Notes under the pieces: model-generated
The model's database searches: none
What the model saw: the letters and a program-made list of their open reading frames with translations, nothing else
Told to the model about the DNA's origin: nothing
Program-made: the position numbers and the translations under genes
NCBI RefSeq assembly: GCF_009914755.1
Contig: NC_060927.1
Direction: 5' to 3' (one strand)
From: the human T2T-CHM13v2.0 reference genome, Homo sapiens
Length of the DNA: 64,000 nucleotides
In this document: positions 43,634 through 56,211 of the stretch, one piece after another
Layout: each line of letters opens with the position of its first letter
Numbering within the stretch: the first letter of the stretch is position 1

Positions 43634-43635
43634 GT

Positions 43636-43693
<58 letters not shown>

Positions 43694-44080
43694 GAGAGAG
43701 ACAGACACAGAAAGGGACAGAGATCAAGACAGAGAGGAAGAGACAGAGAGAAAGAGGGAGAGACAGACACAGAAAGAGAGACAGAGATGGGGGTGTGTGT
43801 GTGTGTGTGGATAGAGGGCCGTGTGCCTGGATTGCACACGTGTGTATGTGCTGTGTTTTTGTGTATATATAGGCATATGCCTGGATACACACTTGTTTCC
43901 GTGTTTTGTGAGTGTATGAGTACATTTGTGCCTTGTGAGTCAGTGCGCTTGTGTCTGAATCTGCATGCACGCTTTTATGGCATGCACACTTGCTCCTGTG
44001 TGCATGTTTATTTCTGTGAGTGATGTTTGCATTTTGTGTGTCTGTGTTATGTCTGAATGTGTGTGTGTGTGCATGAGCGT
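43634..44080. repeat. Compound (TG)n(AG)n microsatellite followed by a degenerate GA/TG tract
   Basis: Read directly from the sequence. Confidence 0.95.
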
Positions 44081-46574
44081 GCAGTACTGTGGCTCTATCC
44101 CTGCTCCAGAGCTTCCATTTCTATGCGAGGACTGGAACTGTTGTTTTTGGTGGTGGTCCCTTTCCATCTTGTTGGCTCCTCTCTGGGCCAGATCCTCTGA
44201 GGAAGGACAAGACCCTGGGGCGATGGCCTCCTGATTGCCCCGTGGGTCATCTGGGTCCTGCCCCATCCTGGGCCCCGCAGACCAGGCTCCTGGCCATCTG
44301 CCTGACCCCAGGCCTGGAGCCTGGTTCCCATATCCTGGGCACATCACAGCTTCAGCAGACACCATCAGACCGTGGCAAGGGTCCCTCTGTGAACCCCATG
44401 GACACCCCTCTTGATCCTCTTTCTTAATAAGGGGCCTACAGAACCCTGGATCTTGCTGGGTGATCATGTCCTATAACGTGGCCATTTTGTGAGTGATAAT
44501 CCCACGCGACCACAGGCGCTGGCCAGGACTGTGGTGGGCAATTGTGCCAATGCCCCTAGGTCTCGTCCGCAGCTGCACTGTGCCCACCCAGACCTCTGCC
44601 TGGGCTATGCTGAGGGAGCTGTGTGGTCTGGCAAAGCCCCTGGAGGCTGGTTTCCTTGTCTGCACAGTGGTGCTGCCCTCCCGGCTAGAGGAGGGTGCAG
44701 GAGGGAGCTCTGCCCTGGGGAGGCCTTGCTGGCATCTGTGAGCCCTGCTTGGCTTGAGGCACTGGCAAGGGCAGTTGGGCTTGTGGAAGGGCAGGGAGAG
44801 TGAGCGAGAGGGTGAGGGAGAGGTGAGTGGGAAGGAGGGCAGCAGGTGCACAGAGTGGGGCTGGGGAGAAAAGTGGGCTCTGGCGTGGGGAGCCAGCGGT
44901 GTGCACTCATTGCGGTTGCCTTTCCTCCTCCAGCTGTGTTGGAGGAGGGAAATGATGCCATGTGGAGGCCAAGGGGGTGGCTGCAGGGGCCCCGTGAGAG
45001 AAGATGGTGGCTGGTGCTGAGGCTGGGGTTGGACAGTGTTGGGGTGGGGTGGGGCAGTGAGGTGGGGAGGGGGAGTGAGACAGCAGGGATGGGTGGTGCC
45101 TGGGCCTTTGGTACTCACACAGGGCCCAGCTGCTCGTTAGCTGTCTGGAGCATCCCGGGCCTGCCTGGATGGGCAGGAGGTGGCCCTTGCTCGGGGAAAG
45201 GCCTCAGCAGGATACCAGCGGACCAGTCCTGGAACAGCCGCCGGTGAGTGTGAGTACTCAGTTTCCACACCAGAACAATAGGAGGAGCAACCCCCAAGGG
45301 GAGGGCGGGTGCTGGGATGAGTGGTAATGGGGCCGGGGCCCGGTGTCATCAGGCTGGGCACTGCGGAGAACTCAGTGGGGTTGGGGTGGGTGGCAGGTGG
45401 GCACCACGGGTGCCAAGGAGACTCTAACAGACCCCCTCTAGTCAGGAAGGGTGGCAGAGCCAGTGTGGACAGGGGAGTGAGAGGCACTGGCGGGGGCGAC
45501 TCAGGGCCAAGTGGGCAGCTGCTGGAGCTGAGTTTGGGGAGAGATGATGGGACAGCTGTGGCAGAGTCACCTCAGCCTCTGAGAGGACAGGGAGCTGGGG
45601 TGGGGGCTGCAGTCCTGGCCTCCCCACCTCTCCCACCCCGCACCTTCCCCTTGCGCTCTCAGCCCAGAACATGGGCCCCAGGCCCTCATGGCCCGTCTCG
45701 GGCTTTGCCTCATAACTCTTTGTGGCCAGGGTGGCTGCTCCTGCCTTGGGAAGCCTGCTGTTTGGGGCACCAGGCCTGACCTGAAACCCTCACCTGGAAC
45801 CTGACTCTGTGCATCCAGAACCAGTGGCCCACACTCCTGGAGGCTCAGGGCCCATCCTGTCGGGTGCCAGACAGCATCAGGTCAGAGCCACACCAGCCTG
45901 GTGCTCAGAGGTGTCCCTGTGTGTGGGGTGGTGGCATCCCGCTGTCATGAGAAACCAGGCTCTAGCACAGCTAGCAGGGGCCCTTGGCTACTGAGAAACC
46001 CCTTCACTCCCTGATGCTCTCACCTGTAAAACTGGGGGCTCATGGCATAGGGCTCACAGATAAAGGGGAGCCCTGTGAAACCCTGATACATGACACCAGT
46101 CAATATCAGCTGTCCTGTGACCTCGTCTTTCTCCTGCCTGGCCTCTCCATGAACCACCAGGGATGGTCTTTGGGGGAATTTGATAGCCTGGTGATGGGGA
46201 GTTTTATGCAGATGAGACCTGAATTGGGTGTGGGCTTCCTCTTCCTGTGGGCAGGATGATAATTAGGGAATCCGTATGGAGGATGTTAGCTTGTGAAGGG
46301 CCTTAGATACCAGGGAGTCTGGGCACATTGTTGGGCTAATGGGGAAACTGAGACCCAGGCAGAAAGCCCTCAAGGCCCCAGGCCTCCTCCCCTAACACAG
46401 GGCGGCCTGTTTGTAGTTCTCATGAGAAGGATATTCCTGGCCTTAGGTCCTGCTGGAAGGTGCCCTTCTTGGAAAAGCCCCTGCCGGGAGACTGCAGGTG
46501 AGTCAGGGCAGTCGCTGCCAGCCCCGCCTCCTGGCTGATGGCCATCCTGCGAAACAGACCTCGGCTATCTCCCC

Positions 46575-46665
46575 GATACTGACAGTTATTGCCACAGATA
46601 AGAGCAGAGTAAACATGAAATCCTTTAACGCATTTGCTAACAGCTGTTCTCTGTTTATAGACACC
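46575..46665. promoter_or_regulatory. Candidate enhancer motif cluster
   Basis: TGACAG 46580, AGATAA 46596, GTAAACA 46609, AACAGCTGTT 46639, TGTTTAT 46652. Confidence 0.45.
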
Positions 46666-47284
46666 AGGCCAAGCAGGAACCTTGGCTCTATAAAGCCGGG
46701 ATGCTGGGCACGGGTTGCCGCCTGCCCGCACTCAGCTGGGCAATTTTAGCCAAGCCCAGGCCTCTCTGGGTCTTGGTTTCTCCATCTGTGAAACATGCGG
46801 TCCCAATGTGACGGCCTAGAAGGCTCTGGCATCCTGTGAGCTGATGTGTGAGGACAGGCAGTGTGTGCAGGTACGTGACGCACGCACACACAGACTCACT
46901 TGGGGAAGTCAACTGTCAAGCTCAGTGTTTTAAAATGTGCTTATTTATTTGGCTTGTTTGTGCGCCATCTCTTCGGCTGCCTTTATAAATATTTATCAAT
47001 GTTGTTGCAGTGGCATTTCCTGGGAGGAGGTGAGAACCGGCTGAGAGGAAAGGATGTCAGAGAGGAGCTGACAGGTGGAGGGCCCCAGGCCGGGGAGGGA
47101 GGAGGAAGCCAGGGCCTGGCTCCAGGGGGATAGGGGCTATGATGTGGGGCCTGACCTAGGACTGAGAAGCTGGGATTTGAAAGTGGGACCCAAAATTCAG
47201 GACATCAGGTAAGGATGAATCAGGACTATGAAGAACCAAGTAACCTTGGACAAGGCCTTGGACTTCACCATTCACAGCTACTTA

Positions 47285-47510
47285 TTAAATAACAATACTT
47301 AGCATTGACTTGTGCCTGCCAGACACTGTTTTCAGTATTCCCTTATTTAATCCTTATAAACAACTCTCTGATGAAGGGACTGCAATCCTCCCTGTCCTAC
47401 AGATAAGGAAATCAGGGAACTGGGATTTAGTTACCTGCTCAATACACACTATTTTGAAACCCAGAGCCAGGCTGCAAACCCAGGCAGCTGGTTCCAGGGC
47501 TCTCACATAG
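47285..47510 (+). mobile_element. MIR
   Basis: 'tgtgcctgccagacactgtt...tttaatcctta...tacagataaggaaatcaggg...gaaacccagagccagg'. Confidence 0.7.
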
Positions 47511-47899
47511 CCACTTAGCCACTCCTTAGTCAGCACTCCATCCTGGGAAGATCATTTGCTTCCTAAACAAATGTTCCTTACAGCCTGCTCCACACCTGAC
47601 CAGTTCTGACCTTGCTCCTGGGGCAGCAGAGATGACCAAGAGAAAGCCCCTGACTTTGAGAAGCTCAGGGCAAGTTGAGCATGAGAATGTTGCTGTGTAG
47701 TGAATGTTCAGGATACATTGGGAGGGCATTTAATCCTCACCCAGGTCAGCAGTGGCTAGCCAATCTTGGCTGGCCCAGGAAAAAAGTGTCCTCAGTCTAG
47801 AGTGGAAAGGAGAGGCCTGGTAGCAGAGGGATGAAGCTGGAGGATGTGGCAATCAAAGAGAAATCTGGTGTTGAGCCTGAGGAACAGAGAGGTAGAGGC

Positions 47900-49065
47900 T
47901 GTATCAGCTAGCTTTTGCTGTGTAACAAACCACCCCAAAGCTTCCTGGCTTAGCACAACCACCAATTGTTTAGCTCATGATTCTGTGAGTTGGAAATTTG
48001 GGCAGGGCGGGCTTCGCTCTTCTGGAAGTAGGGTGTTATAATTTTACTCATTTATGAATCCTTTTTTCTTGGCCTTTTGAAAAAAAAATTTAGTTCTAAT
48101 TATATGGGTAGCTAATAGATGTGTATATTCATGGGGTATACGTGGTGCTCTGGTAGGCACACAGTGTGTAATAATCAGTTGAGGTAATTGAGGTATTCAT
48201 CACCTCAAGCATTCTTCATTTCTTTGTGTTAGGAACATTTCAGTTCCAGTCTTTCAGTTATTTTAAAATATACAATATGTTATTGTTGACTGTAGTCACC
48301 CCATTGTGCTATCAAGTACTAGATCTTATTTATTCTATCTAACTCTATGTTTGCACTCATTATCCATTCTTACTTCTCTTCCCCCTCCCTGCTACCCTTC
48401 CCAGCCTCTGGTAACTGTCATTCTACTCTCTGTCTTCATGAGTTCAGTTGTTTTAATTTTTAGCTCCCACATATGAATGAGAACATACAAAATTTCTCTT
48501 TCTGTGCCTGGCTTATTTCACTTAACATAATGTCTCCCAGTTCCAATGATGTTGCAAATGACAAGATTTCATTCTTTTTATGGCTGAATAGTATTCCACT
48601 GTGTATATGTACCACATTTTCCTTATCCACTTATTTGGTGATGGACACTTAGGTTGCTTCCAAATCTTGGCTATTATGCATAGTGTTGCAGTAAACATGA
48701 GAATGCAGATCTCTCTTCAATATGCTGATTTCCTTTCTTTTGGGGCTTGGCTCTTCTTGCTGGGCTCACTAAGATGTCTGAACACAGTTGGGATGGCGGG
48801 GCCGTTCTCCACAGTCTCTCCCCTTCCACAATGATCTCCCTGGCTTCCTCACACTCTGGTCACAGGGTCCTAAGAGTGAGATTGAAACACACAAAGGCTC
48901 TTGAGGCCTTGGCTTGGAACAGGCGCCATGCTGTTTTCCAGTGCATTGTGTTAGCTAAGGGTTTGGGAAATAAAGCCCACTCTTTGGTGGGAGAAGCTGC
49001 AGAATCATATTGCAAAGGATGTGGGCAGAAAGAGGGGAGAGATTTGGAGCCATTTTTGCATCTCC
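47900..49065 (-). mobile_element. MLT1G/H LTR split by L1MA
   Basis: 'tgtatcagctagcttttgctgtgtaacaaaccaccccaaa...gctcatgattctgtg' resumes after 48745 and ends 'gcagaatcatattgcaaagg'. Confidence 0.75.
48085..48745 (-). mobile_element. L1MA 3' end
   Basis: 'catcacctcaagcatt...tagctcccacatatgaatgagaacat...ttctgtgcctggcttatttcacttaacataatg'. Confidence 0.92.
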
Positions 49066-49699
49066 CTTGCAGATCATGTACAGTTATGCAAGTCAGAGGG
49101 GAGGTGGGAGGGGGCTGTGGCCGGATTCCGTTTAGGATACAATTGTATTGCAGGTGTTGATAGGACCTGTGAGAAGAAGTGGCAAATGCAGCTTTGGGGA
49201 TCTGAGGTCTAGATTGGTCCTTTCAGTGCCTCTTCTTCATGAGTGGCATCCAGAGTGTCTAAGTGCCTGCTCACCATCTCTGCCGATGCTCCCTGGTGCT
49301 GACTGGCCCTGGGCAGCCCCTACCCGCCTGTCAGTGACCACGTAGGCTATGTTCTGTCTGCTGGGCTAGACGTCCACTCCGCTCCAGTGTCGGGGTGTGA
49401 GGTCCTTGCAGGACCCAGGCCTGCCCTGTATCCACATCGTGGTCCTGCTCCTCACCAGCTGTACATCCCTTGCAATTCTCACCCCCTCTCTGAGGCTCAA
49501 CTTCCTTATCTTCAAAGGAGAGGACAGAGGCTGCCCCTGATCCTATGAGGACACTATGGTGCATGCACAGCCCCTGGCATGAGGCTGGCTGCATAGGGAT
49601 CCTGGTACCGTCATGTGTTCCCCAGTGCCCTCCAGAGTCTGTGTGTCTCTCACTGTAAGCCGGATTCAGCACTTCCATTAGCTGGCCCAGGGTGGGCCA

Positions 49700-50795
<1,096 letters not shown>

Positions 50796-50800
<5 letters not shown>

Positions 50801-50990
50801 GGATGAGTGGATGAATGGATGGATGGGTGGATGGATGGATGGATGGGTTGGTGAGTAGATAGTTGGGTGTGTTGGTGGATGGGGGGGTAGATGGATGGAT
50901 GGATGGATGGGTTGGTGAGTAGATAGGTGGGTGTGTTGGTGGATGGAGGGGTAGATAGATGGATGGGTGGGTGGATGGATGGATGGATGG
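50796..50990. repeat. (TGGA)n tetranucleotide tract grown from the L2 tail, with an internal ~60-bp duplication
   Basis: 'gggttggtgagtagatag(t/g)tgggtgtgttggtggatgg' occurs twice. Confidence 0.93.
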
Positions 50991-51639
50991 CTTCCAGTTG
51001 TCAATGGCCCACTGCCCAATTTGCTTCCTGTGTAACCTTGGCCCAGTTGGCCAACCTTTCTGTGTTTCCCCTGTAATGTAGGAGCAGTGGAGATGCCTCA
51101 GCATCACTACCCAGCAGCCAGACACAAGTTTTGTTTGGCTCAGACTGCTTTAAACAATTTCCATGAGTTGCCAACATTTTGAAACAGGGAGCTTTCACAT
51201 AACAATCCATCTTCCAGCTACTTGTGAAAGAAAGATGGCTCACTGGCTCTGGGCTGCAGCCAGGGGTCTGTCCCTGCCAGTGCGACCTGTGCCCAATCCA
51301 CCTCTCTCCAGCCACACACAGCCTGGGCAGGCAACTGAGTTTGAGACCCTGCTCTAAGGTCTGTGCATCAAGGAGGCCACTTCTGGAAAGGGAAAGATCA
51401 CACATTTATTGGGCACTTCCTGTGTTAATGAAGCCCACACTTTGTGTTTCTAAAAGCCTTTAGTAGGTCCATGAGCTGGTCCCATGTGGTCAGGCATGGA
51501 AGCTGGTAACACGGGGGTCACAGGAACAGTGAGGGACATGGCCTGCAGTGGTGGAATTGCCATGGTTTAAGACATCTTGTTCCCTCTGAGGAGTCTCTCA
51601 GCATAGTCACTTGTGATGATGAAGGACATGGAGATGGCA

Positions 51640-51760
51640 CCAGTCCATTTTGTGGATGGGGACATTGAGGCTCTGCAAGGTACACAGCCTCTAAGATCCC
51701 ACCACTTGTGGGGGCAGAGCTGGGATCAGGGTCCAGGTGTGTCTGCCTTTCCAGCCACTC
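51640..51760 (+). mobile_element. MIR fragment
   Basis: 'ccattttgtggatggggacattgaggctc...ggcagagctgggatcaggg'. Confidence 0.65.
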
Positions 51761-53257
51761 CCTCACCCCTCACCTGCCTCTGCTCAGGCTGCCACAGACC
51801 CCTGGGCTCCCAAGCTCCACTACCCGAGAGTCTTCTGTTCTGTCTTCTTCCTCAAGGTCTTACTACTTGTCTTCCCTGTCGCTGACCTCTTCTTGGTGGG
51901 TGTGGGGGAAGAGGAAGAAGAGGAGGAGACGGGGGAGATGGAGGGGGCAGAAGGAATGAGAAGGAATGGACTCAGAATGGCTGGCGGCCAACACCTCAGT
52001 GGGCCATCCTCAGCCATGCCCTGCAGCCAACCCATCAGCCCGGCCCCAGACACTTACACTGTGGAGGGGGCAAGGAAAACCAGGACCCTCCCCTTCTGGA
52101 TGAGAACACCCTGCCGTTGAGCAGATGAGCTGGAACACAGAAAGGCAGTGGCTGCCCAGCCTCTTGAGTGGAGGGGACCCCATATCTGCCTCGCTCCTCC
52201 CTGAGCACCCTGTGTGCCCTCACATCTCCCTTCTCCATCTCAGCCAGGGCCCCCATGCCACCACCCATGGCATTTCAGATACCTCCAAATCCCACAGGGG
52301 ACTCAGTGTGGGTTCAGCCTGTCCACTCCACTCTTCACCATCACCCCCTTCAAAATCCACCACTGTCTCTCCCCCAGCTATTGGTAGTCATCCGTTAATG
52401 CCCCTTCCCACCTCCCTCCTTACCACTCCAATCCATTCAACATGCAACAGAGCTGGGAAAAGGGAAATAAAGGGGGAGGGAGGAGGGAGAGAAGAAGGAG
52501 AGAAGATGGGGCAGAAGGGGAGGAAGAGGATTCACTTTTATTACTCATCTTTTTTATTGAGGTACTATACAAATATGGAAAAGTATACAATCTTAAGTGT
52601 ACAGCTCAGGGAATTTTTATGTGTGTAGACTCCCATATATGCCTAGGTTCAGAAGGACAATGCAACTTGCAATTATATTTTCTGTGTCTGTTGTTTTTAT
52701 GCATTGTCTGTCTCCCTGTTAATGGTGGAGCTAGCCCTGTGTCCCCACCATGTCCCCATCACCTTGTGGGCCCTGCCCCTGGCTTTCCCCAAGGCAGGCT
52801 CATAGGAAATAATGTCTGGGCAATGGTAGGAGGAGATACTTGGGGACAGGGCTGTGGCCTCTTGACCTCAGCTGAGCTGTCCAGGGCAGGGTGCAGACGG
52901 GGACTGTGCTCACAGATGAGGCAGCTATAGGATCACTTATCCCTTCCTTACCCTCAACTAAAAACCTTGTTTTTCTTTTTCTGGACTTCAGGAATGGATG
53001 GGATCACTTAACATTGAAAAGGTGTCAGCTATCCACATACCTCTAAATCCAAAGTCATCTAGGTGCATATTGTCATGATTCAATGCTAGGGGACAGCTTC
53101 TTAGACACATTAAAAAACACAAATTGTAAGTTGAAAATATGGATGAATATATAGACATCACCATTAATGGCTGATTCCGTGTCATCAAAGGATCCAGAAG
53201 AAAGTTAACTGTCAGATGGCTGATGGAGAGGTCACTGGGTACAACTAATGAGAGGCC

Positions 53258-53777
53258 CATGTCTGTATTACCATGTATGTCTAGAGAGACCTGTGTCTAT
53301 ACCATCATGTATTTCTAGAGAGACCCTTGTCTATATGACCGTGTATGTCTAGAGAGACCTGTGTCTATATGACCATGTATTTCTAGATAGACCTGTGTCT
53401 ATACTACTGTGTATATCTAGAGAGACATGTGTCTATACTACTCTGTCTGTCTAGAGAGACCCGTGTCTATGCTACCCTGCCTATACTACTGCTTGTGTCT
53501 AGAGATACCCATGTCTGTATGATCATGTATTTCTAGACAAACCTGTGTCTATATGGCCGTGTATGTCTGGAGAGACCTGTTCTATACTACTGTCTGTGTC
53601 TAGAGAGACCCATGTCTACACAATTGTGTGTGTCTAGAGAGACCCATGTCTATACTACCCTGTCAGTCTACAGAGACCTGTGTCTATACGACCATGTGTG
53701 TCTAAAGAGACCAGCATCTATAATACCACGTGTCTAGTGAGACCCATGTCTATACTACTGTGTGTGTCTAGAGAGAT
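53258..53777. repeat. Minisatellite, 15 units of ~34 bp
   Basis: Core GTCTAGAGAGAC at 53279, 53313, 53347, 53381, 53415, 53449, 53497 ... 53766. Confidence 0.97.
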
Positions 53778-53778
53778 T

Positions 53779-53940
53779 TGTTGTTTTTGTTTTTGTTTTT
53801 GTTTTTGTTTGAGACGGAGTCTCACCTTGTCTACTTGGCTGCTGAGGGAGGAAGATTGCTTGAGCCTGGGAGCTCGAGGCTGCAGAGAGCTATGATCACA
53901 ACAGAGCAAGACCCTATCTACAAAGAAAAAAGAAACTAAA
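53779..53940. mobile_element. Fused Alu remnants: minus-strand Alu 3' tail (53779-53831) joined to a plus-strand AluJ right arm (53831-53940)
   Basis: '(gttttt)n gagacggagtctcaccttgtc' directly followed by 'tacttggctgctgagggaggaagattgcttgagcctgggag...acagagcaagaccctatct aaagaaaaaa'. Confidence 0.88.
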
Positions 53941-54439
53941 AGGAAGCTCTCTGGGCGGATGATGCTCATTAGCTGTAAACTGAGGAGTGTGGTCGTTGTG
54001 GCCTCCACACCCAAGGTCTGTTTCCACACATGGAGCACATGCAGAGCAGTCTCAAAATTGCAGGATTTAAAAAAATTAACCTAGTAAACTCATTCCAAAA
54101 TGTATACACAGGAGAAAGTTTGTTTTAAAAAGTGAAGTCTGTTTTGAAGAAGCCAAGCAAAAGTCAACTTGCCCTAACAGAGGCAAACTACCCTGCAAAG
54201 CCACAGTGATTAAAAGAGAGGCTGGCCCAGAAACCGCATATGGGTCTAAACACCCTCCCAGGCTGGGCACAGGGCAGCTGCCCTCTTCATGCAGGCAGTG
54301 AGTGCCAAGCACAGACTCCGTCCCGGCCCTGAACCCCGTGCTGATCACAAGGGTGAGCCCAACAGACACAAGCCTGCTCGTGTACTCATGTTCCCAGTAC
54401 AGGGGGGACAGAGGGGCAGAACAAAAGAATCTCACAGTC

Positions 54440-54640
54440 AGTTTGGAACCTTGATCATGAGCTGTGATAAGAAAGAGGGAGGTAGTCAAGGAAGGCTTCC
54501 TGGGAGAGGCAGCATTTGCTGAAGGATGAGTGTACAGCAGTGAGGGTGGGCAGCAAGAGTGTTCCAGGATGGAGAGGGGTGTACAGGGTCTTGCCCAGGG
54601 GCAGGAGGGTGGAATGAATTTGGAGAGGTGAGGCAGGACC
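54440..54640 (-). mobile_element. L2 fragment
   Basis: 'agtcaaggaaggcttcctgggagaggcagcatttgctgaaggatgagt...agagtgttccagg'. Confidence 0.7.
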
Positions 54641-55004
54641 CACCGTCTTGGGAGGAGCCTGGAGATCCTAAGGGCTGGCTCTCTACATGCCCATTTAACC
54701 CCATGAACATTCTGTGGGGCAGCCTTTCCTTCCCACAGTGGCCTCCCAAATCATAATAAACTCATAGGGTTTTAGAGCCAAAGGCTCATACTCCAGATAG
54801 GGCAACAGAGGCCCAGAGAGATGAGATGGCTTGTGGAGGAGGCAGGGAAGAGGGTCTTAACAGACTGAGCACCAGCTCCTAGGCCTCCTAGCCTCCGGAT
54901 GATCCAGGGCCATGGCCTCCTTGGCCCTGGTGCCCCAGCAAGTGGGAACCCAGCCTGATCCCCTCTCAGGAGCCCAGAGCCTTGACTTTAGGCAAAGCTA
55001 CTCC

Positions 55005-55360
55005 GGGGTTTAAATACTATCATTGATTATTGTAAGTGAGTTTATGAGCCTTATCGGCTTAGAATTGTATCTGCAGGAGAGCTGTTCATCTTAAATAAAT
55101 ATGTTTTTAATAATCTCTGAGTATTTATGGAGCATAAAGCTGTCAGAGAAAATGGAGATGACGATTCCTGAAGTCACTTACTGTCCGGATCTCAGAGCCG
55201 ATTCATTATGAAAACCGGCTCCCAGCAGGATAGCAGCTTCGGCTGCCGGCAGCAGATGGAAGACCCGGGTGATTATCATCTCGGAGGATTTTTTAATAAG
55301 CTGGTGTTGGTTATTTAACCTACAATAGCCACTTAATAAACATAGTAAATTACTTGCAGG
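55005..55360. promoter_or_regulatory. Candidate conserved developmental enhancer
   Basis: Non-repeat AT-rich island with retained CpGs and homeodomain, forkhead and bHLH motifs. Confidence 0.5.
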
Positions 55361-55934
55361 TTGGGAAATATCCTCTACTCCTCCCGGTGCCTCCAAGAAC
55401 CACCTGTGCCCTGGAGCATTGACAGGAAGTCCCAGGAGAATGATCCTCCCTCAACCCCACTCTGCCCAAGCCACCACTGCAGTGGTCCAGGGAGCGGCCC
55501 ACACCCTGGGCCTTCCACCTAGGCCTCTGCTTTGTGGGGCACAGGGTCAGGGTGTGGTTTGGGCAGAGCAGGGGCAGGGTGAGGCCTTTCACCCAGTTTT
55601 GTGCGTCCAACTGGAATAGGTGCGCCCCTTTCCCATTGCCCACAGGGAGGCTGGGGACAGCCAGGAGGCCGGGGGCCGGTTCTTCAGGACCCAGGCTGGC
55701 CTGACAGGCCCCTCCCCACTCCCTGGGCCAGGCTGCAGTGTCCAGCCTCCTCTCTGAGTCTCTCTTGGCCTCCCTTCTCCATGCAGAGTTGCCCATGAAG
55801 CGCGCTTACCCGTTGTCCACGCTCAGCCACAGCACACAAACTCTCACCGGCACCAAAGGACCCTCTTGTCACTGAATGTATGTAGCAGCTGTTGCCCCGC
55901 TACTCCCTCTGTCACCTGCCATCTCCTCTCACAC

Positions 55935-56125
55935 TCGCTCAGCGTTTACTGTGCCTGGTGCCATTCTGAGCTCTTTACACATATTCACTTATTTTATCCT
56001 TCCCCCGAGGCTAGGAGGAAGAATTATTATTATTCCCTCTTACAGATGAAGAAACTGAGGCTCAGTCACTCTTCCAAGTGGTCAGTGTTTCTAAGTGGTA
56101 CAGCTAGATAACAAACCCCAGCCAT
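55935..56125 (+). mobile_element. MIR
   Basis: 'ttattattccctcttacagatgaagaaactgaggctcag'. Confidence 0.9.
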
Positions 56126-56211
56126 TAATCATACTCCAATATCTCCAATACTGCAACCCCTGGACCATAATGTCCTGGTTATATATGAACTGTCCCAGTG
56201 TTTAAGGCTCA

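Noticed and set aside
53258-53777. CRISPR array
   Set aside because: The 'spacers' are only ~12 bp and related to each other, the repeats are degenerate, there are no cas genes, and the context is primate (Alu-flanked). It is a minisatellite.
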